Part shown: piece by piece, positions 36,264-41,380 of the stretch
Layout: each line of letters opens with the position of its first letter
How positions within the stretch are numbered: the first letter of the stretch is position 1
Source: Atractiella rhizophila
Taxonomy: Eukaryota
NCBI GenBank assembly: GCA_021432655.1
Contig: MU271284.1
Location: forward strand, 62,001-103,380
DNA: 41,380 nucleotides
Reading direction: 5' to 3'
The notes under the pieces: generated by a model
What the model saw: only the letters and a program-made list of their open reading frames with translations
Told to the model about the DNA's origin: nothing
The model's database searches: none
Made by a program: the position numbers and the translations under genes

Positions 36264-38959
36264 CTATTTACTTTTCGACTTCCTCTTCCTCTTCTTCCCA
36301 TCCTCAAACGAGTTCGCACTCTTCAAATCTCGCGACAATGGGTCGTCTCCCTTCACTTTGTAAATGCGGACGATCCAGTTTTCAGAAGTGAAAGCCTCCT
36401 CTGTTACCAGCAGCAACACAATAGCCCATCAATCAGTTTGTGCTTTGTTCGAGAAGGAGGGAAAGGACGCACCAAGGGTATCAAGTACTGGTCCGGGTTT
36501 TGGCATCCGTTGGTTTCGCACACGATCTAGGGCTGGCGAAGGACCGAAGAGTTCCGCGAAACGGTAATAGCTCATCTTGTACATCAACTGGACAAGTTAG
36601 GTGTTAACTTGACGTACTTTGGAGAAGGAAGGACGTACGCTGTTCTTCATCGCAGGTGTAGCCTCTTCGTCTACTTTATACTCTCCGCGGGAGGTGAAGA
36701 AGCTCCTTTCTGACACTTCGTCAGGCCAAATACCTTCCTGTAAAGCCCAACTGGTCAGGACGAATACTTAAGCAGAAGCAACAAGAACGCACTGAGATCC
36801 TGATCATCCACAAGAACTTGTTGATGTCGTCTCCAGAGAATCCCAACAATCCGCCGAAAATGATCAAGACGTAGTCCACATCGTGCTTCCTCAGAATGGG
36901 ATACGCGACCTCCTCTCTCGTGCTCATCGCCTTACCTACAGTTGCGATATGGGTGTTGTTCCAGGTATTGTTATCCACCAATGTCGTCCTATCAGCAAAT
37001 CCAGCGATCTGATATCCATAGTCCCACCAGCTCATGATCTTGGCATCCTCAGCCGTGTTTTGTCTCAACCAATAATACGCCTCTCTGAAATCATCGATGA
37101 TGTTCGCGCTTCCATCTGGATTGTGGGAAGCGAGCACGACGGAGGGAGAAGAGTAGGCGGATTGGGTGACCCAGGTGCAGTGGAGACAGAAGATGGAGAG
37201 GAGGAGAGTGAAAGCACCGATGAGGATGATGCGCACGTCGATAGAGCGCACTGAGGGAATTTCGTCGTTCTCAACAATGGGAAGAGGGGCGACAGTGGTG
37301 GTCGCTGTTGTGGAAGCGGGGGTAGTGGCAGCAGCAGAAGCACCCTTCTTCTTCTTTGACGAAGTGCTCGCAACGCTTGCGGCGGCATTCTTCTCGGTTT
37401 TCGAATCTGCCTCGGCAACTGGTTCGAGAGGATCCAAATATGTCTCATAGATAGTGGAAACCACCATGGCGGCGGTGACACAGACGACAGGTGTAAGGAC
37501 GAGCATCAGACGAACCATAACACCCGAGAAGTAAGATGCCATGACTGAGTAAATAATGAGGAACACGTGTTCGTCCCTCAGTTCTCGGAAACACATGTAC
37601 ACTCCGGCAGGGAAGAGATAGATGAGCATTTGGAGGTCGAAGAAGAAGGATGGCCAGGCAGTGGGCTGATGTTCGGAGACGGAGGCGATGATGGGGATGT
37701 GGATCTGAAGGATTCCTCTTTCGTCAACACAAACAAATGGACGAGACAATTGACACACCTTTGCATATCCCGTATCCCACAAGCTGTAGAACCGCCCCGT
37801 CCATGGTGCAATGTATCCTTTAAGGGTGAGGAACACGAGGGTGAGCGCTCCGCCAACGCCGATGAATACGACACCAGCGGTCAAGAAAGTCCTGAACTGT
37901 TTAGTGCCGAGATGGCTTCTGACTACTTCCACGAACGCGACAATCTGAAGAAGACCGAAAACACCAAGCGCAGCCATATGCTCGCTCGTCCTCACAGGTT
38001 GGAAACCGACAAAGGGGACTTGCATGGATGCAAGAGTGCCGATGGCGTAAAAGGAGGAATAGGCGACGTAGAGGCGGGAGGTGAAGCGTCCCATAAGGAT
38101 GAGAGTGAGAGCGTGGAGGGGAAGCATGTTGGTAATGAACGCGTATCCTCCCCAAGCAGCTACCATGTAAAAGTAGAAGAGAGCGGTGAGTGAGCCCCAT
38201 AATGTTGAGCCAAGCTTGAGCGCCTTTATCCAGAGATAAAATGTGGTCATGAGGATGAAGATGGCAATGGCTTCGTTGTCGTAACTTCCAGCAACACTTC
38301 GAGAGATGTACCCAGGAACTATACCGATGAATAATGCGGCCCAGAGTCCAGTTCCTTCGCTGCCCACTTCCTTACCAAGAAGATACGTGGAGTATGCGGT
38401 GAGGCCAGAGAAGGCCGGGGCGAGAAGAACACAGATGTTGCGGATGTCGACAGGGAGCGAGAAGAAGTGGAGAATGTTGTAGATTAGGTGAGAAGTCAGC
38501 ATCAAGCCAGGGTAGACTGTCCCTCCAACAACTCGTCCTAGGGGATACCATGCTGTTGGATCGAACCAATTCCAGAATTCCTGCTTCGCAGTCAGTATGG
38601 GGCAACTGCAACCACAACGCAACATACGTAGACTCCATCTCGAACTAATACCCGTGTTGCTCGACTAGAAAACGTTCGACTTCAACTTTCAGAAGTGATG
38701 GAATGGCTCACTAGTTGAACCACGGGTCGCTGCGCGCTTTATTTAGCATGTGCCCTGAGAACATGATAGTAGCAACTTACAATTCATGGATGATGCTCTC
38801 GAACCTGACTACAGCAAACAAGCGAGAGCTGACCGCGGCTCCGGCTATGAGCGCGATGATGATGATTCGAAGTAAAGAGAGGGTATTGGTTGTGACTTCT
38901 GCATTGGAGAAAATGGAGGGAACGGGATACGTGAATTTGAAAGATTGGACGCTCGACAT
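36264..38959 (-). CDS. STT3: Oligosaccharyltransferase catalytic subunit STT3
   Basis: [58 protein letters not shown] and DDINKFLWM. Confidence 0.97.
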
Positions 38960-39248
38960 TCTGTATTCCGTGGCCACAATTAGCATAATGCCCTGTCTAC
39001 CAAAATCCCAATAGCCAATAGCACTGGCAACCACTGGGTGCCTCTGCTTCCACACCGCGGACACGTAGGCAAGACGAGAAGCGCACATGGAAGATTCCGC
39101 CGATGCAGCGGTTCTGAAGATGACCTCTAAACCCTTTCTAGCTGTTGCTGATATCCAGTACTCCTTCCTTTCGATAGTGCCAACTGTGACTGTTGAGTTG
39201 TTCCACCACCAAGTTCTTTTGTTCTCCCCAAGATGGAAGTTCCCGAAT

Positions 39249-39262
39249 GTGACACGTGTCAC
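39249..39262. promoter_or_regulatory. Perfect 14-bp palindrome GTGACACGTGTCAC (bZIP/bHLH ACGT core, candidate UPR element) in the STT3/PDI divergent promoter
   Basis: The palindrome is directly visible. A second GACACGT occurs at about 39060, and both flanking genes encode ER glycosylation or folding factors. Confidence 0.4.
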
Positions 39263-39330
39263 TTTCTGATCGAGACCTTCAAGTTCACAGAGCTCATAAA
39301 TTATCTCGTTTGATAGAGCATATAGACCCG

Positions 39331-40474
39331 ATGAAGCCCTCCCAACTCGCCTCTTTTCTCCTTCTTGCCGCTCCCGGCTCAGTCCTTGCTGGTCTCTTTG
39401 GGCCAAAATCACCAGTGAAAATGCTGACCGGGAAGACGTTCAGCAAATTTGTGCAGGGTTCAGATGTCCGTGCTTTTCCTTCATTAGCCAACTTATGTGA
39501 ATAACTGCGGATGCAGAAAGCGTCAATAGCTGCCTTTGTAGCTCCTTGGTGTGGTGTATGTTGAGGCTCGTTCAGCTTATGTTGCTGACTGAGCATCCTT
39601 TGAAGCACTGCCAACGCCTCACTCCTGAGTTCGAGAAGGCTGCTTCGAATCTCAAAGGACTCGTGAACGTTGGTAGGTGTTTCTCCTCCACATTCTCATA
39701 ATCGTAAGCTGACCAAGAGCTTGCAGTGGCTGTCGATTGCGACGATGATGCAAACAAGCGCTTCTGCGCGGAGCAAGGCGTGCAGGGTCCGCGCTTCTAT
39801 ACCTTGCTCTTCAATTTCCATACTAACAGGCTTATAGGTTACCCAACGATCAAGACGTTTGGAGGAGGAAAGTCGAAAGCTCAAGGTATTTATCATGGTC
39901 TCGAGCCAGCATAACTCTGACACTGCTTGCAACGCAGATTACCAAGGACCACGGACAGCCAAAGCGATTGTCGACGACGCACTATCACACATGCCTTCGT
40001 TTGCGAAGAAGATCAAGTCCCCTTCGGCACTCGACCAAGTTCTCGTCCCTTCCTCGCGTCCAAAATCCATTCTCTTCACCCCCAAATCATCTCCCTCTCC
40101 TCTCTATCGCGCCCTTTCCTCCGAATTCCACAAGGGGGTCGATTTCTATTTTTGTCGTAGATAGGAACGATGAATATAAGGAGTATAGGAAGAAATTAGA
40201 TCTCAAGCCTGGAAGTGAGGCACAACTCGTCATTATTCGTACTGAGGATCAAGCAGCGGGAATAAAGCACATGGTTTATAATGGTTCGTCGCCTCGTTCT
40301 GTCTAGCAAAAGGGAAATGACCGAGTGTGTATGACAGGCAAGTTTAATTACGACTATCTGCAGAAGTTCTACGAGACCCAGGTTAACATGAAGGACCTTT
40401 TCGAGAACATGAAGAAGAACACTAGGGTCGTGAAGCCCAAGAGTGGTTCGAAGTCGGAAAAGTCGGAGCTGTGA
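39331..40474 (+). CDS. MPD1: ER protein disulfide isomerase family, single CGHC domain (Mpd1-like)
   Basis: Signal peptide, FVAPWCG|HCQRL, AVDCD, VQGYPTIK, DYQGPRTAKAI and the ER-retrieval-like ending KSEL*. Confidence 0.85.
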
Positions 40475-40572
40475 TACATCTTATATTCTCTTACACACAG
40501 TACTGCATTTGCATTTCGTCATTGGATCTTGTTTTTCAGACATGGCACGAGGTGAACGAATAAATTACGCAA

Positions 40573-41380
40573 TCAGTTTCCTAAATCAATTCCAACAATT
40601 TTGATATCATCAAGTGGTTTATCAGTCTTATCCACCCTGACATTCTCGATAGAATGTATCACATCCAATCCCGCCACCGCCCTTCCGAAGATGGTGTGCT
40701 TGTTGTCCAACCATGGAGTAGGGACAGTGGTGATGAAGAACTGCGAACCTGTTCGCACAGAATGCAATTAGTCTCCACCGATGGACATGAAGAAAGGTAC
40801 TAACCATTCGTATTCGCGCCAGCGTTCGCCATACTCAACGTATAGGGACGATCGTGCTTCAACTTAGGATGAAACTCATCCTCGAAGTTACGTCCCCATA
40901 AACTTTCTCCACCAGTTCCATCACCCAAAGGATCGCCTGTCTGTATCATCTGTTCTCCCGCAGGAACGTGTCAATCTCTTACTTCACAAGAGGAGAAGGA
41001 GACCGACGAATTTCGGAATAACCCGATGAAAGATGATCCCGTCATAGTACCCTTTCCTTACCAGACCACAAAAATTCTCCACTGCTTTTGGTGCTTCGTT
41101 GGGGAACAGTCTAAGTTTGACATCCCCAACGGTAGTATGGATGGTGGCTTCCTTAGCGAGCTGGACGGCATTCGCTGAAGCGACAGAAAGCGCAAGGTTG
41201 AGCTCCTCCCTCGTCGGTTTCTCATTCAAAACGTCTCGGTCGCCATGATGTCCATGAGAGGTTTCGGATTCGGGCTCAAGAGTGGTGAAGATGAAGAAAC
41301 GGGAACGCTTGTACGCCGTGCAGATGAGCATGGGATAGAGCGTCGCTTCTTCGTTCAGAAGTGGATTGTCTGATGCCGCA
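40573..41380 (-). CDS. PPWD1: WD40-cyclophilin peptidyl-prolyl isomerase, 3' part (5' end outside the window)
   Basis: [55 protein letters not shown] and [11 protein letters not shown]. Confidence 0.92.

Noticed and set aside
36883..38193. Long antisense ORFs over STT3 (and similar ones over RPB3, ARB1 and MED17)
   Set aside because: These are expected shadows of codon bias on the opposite strand of real genes.

Overview
This is a gene-dense, intron-rich fungal nuclear window, basidiomycete-like: introns mostly 44-80 nt, CTRAY branch points, frequent AAG acceptors. It holds about 20 recognisable housekeeping genes: PP2A-C, p23/SBA1, NAT3, TAD2, NDUFS7, RPB3, UPF2, ADAL, a DUF2945/HVA1-like gene, COX20, bL35m, a Cdc25-like rhodanese, cyclin H, ARB1, MED17, a type-2 asparaginase, STT3, an MPD1-like PDI and PPWD1. 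The standout is a minus-strand gene at 4028-5136 that the ORF track misses. It encodes an 89-aa secreted prepro-peptide whose core is built from nine consecutive 3-nt exons plus 6- and 7-nt exons, each flanked by canonical short introns, i.e. a fungal micro-exon gene with essentially one exon per residue. Also notable: a 3.0-kb tandem duplication inside UPF2 whose junction creates an in-frame 44-nt GT-AG intron, three unusually long introns (one closed by a 13-nt stem), a GC-AG intron, and two +1 frameshifts in ARB1 that are probably sequencing errors. All gene models were spliced by eye and no database search was run.
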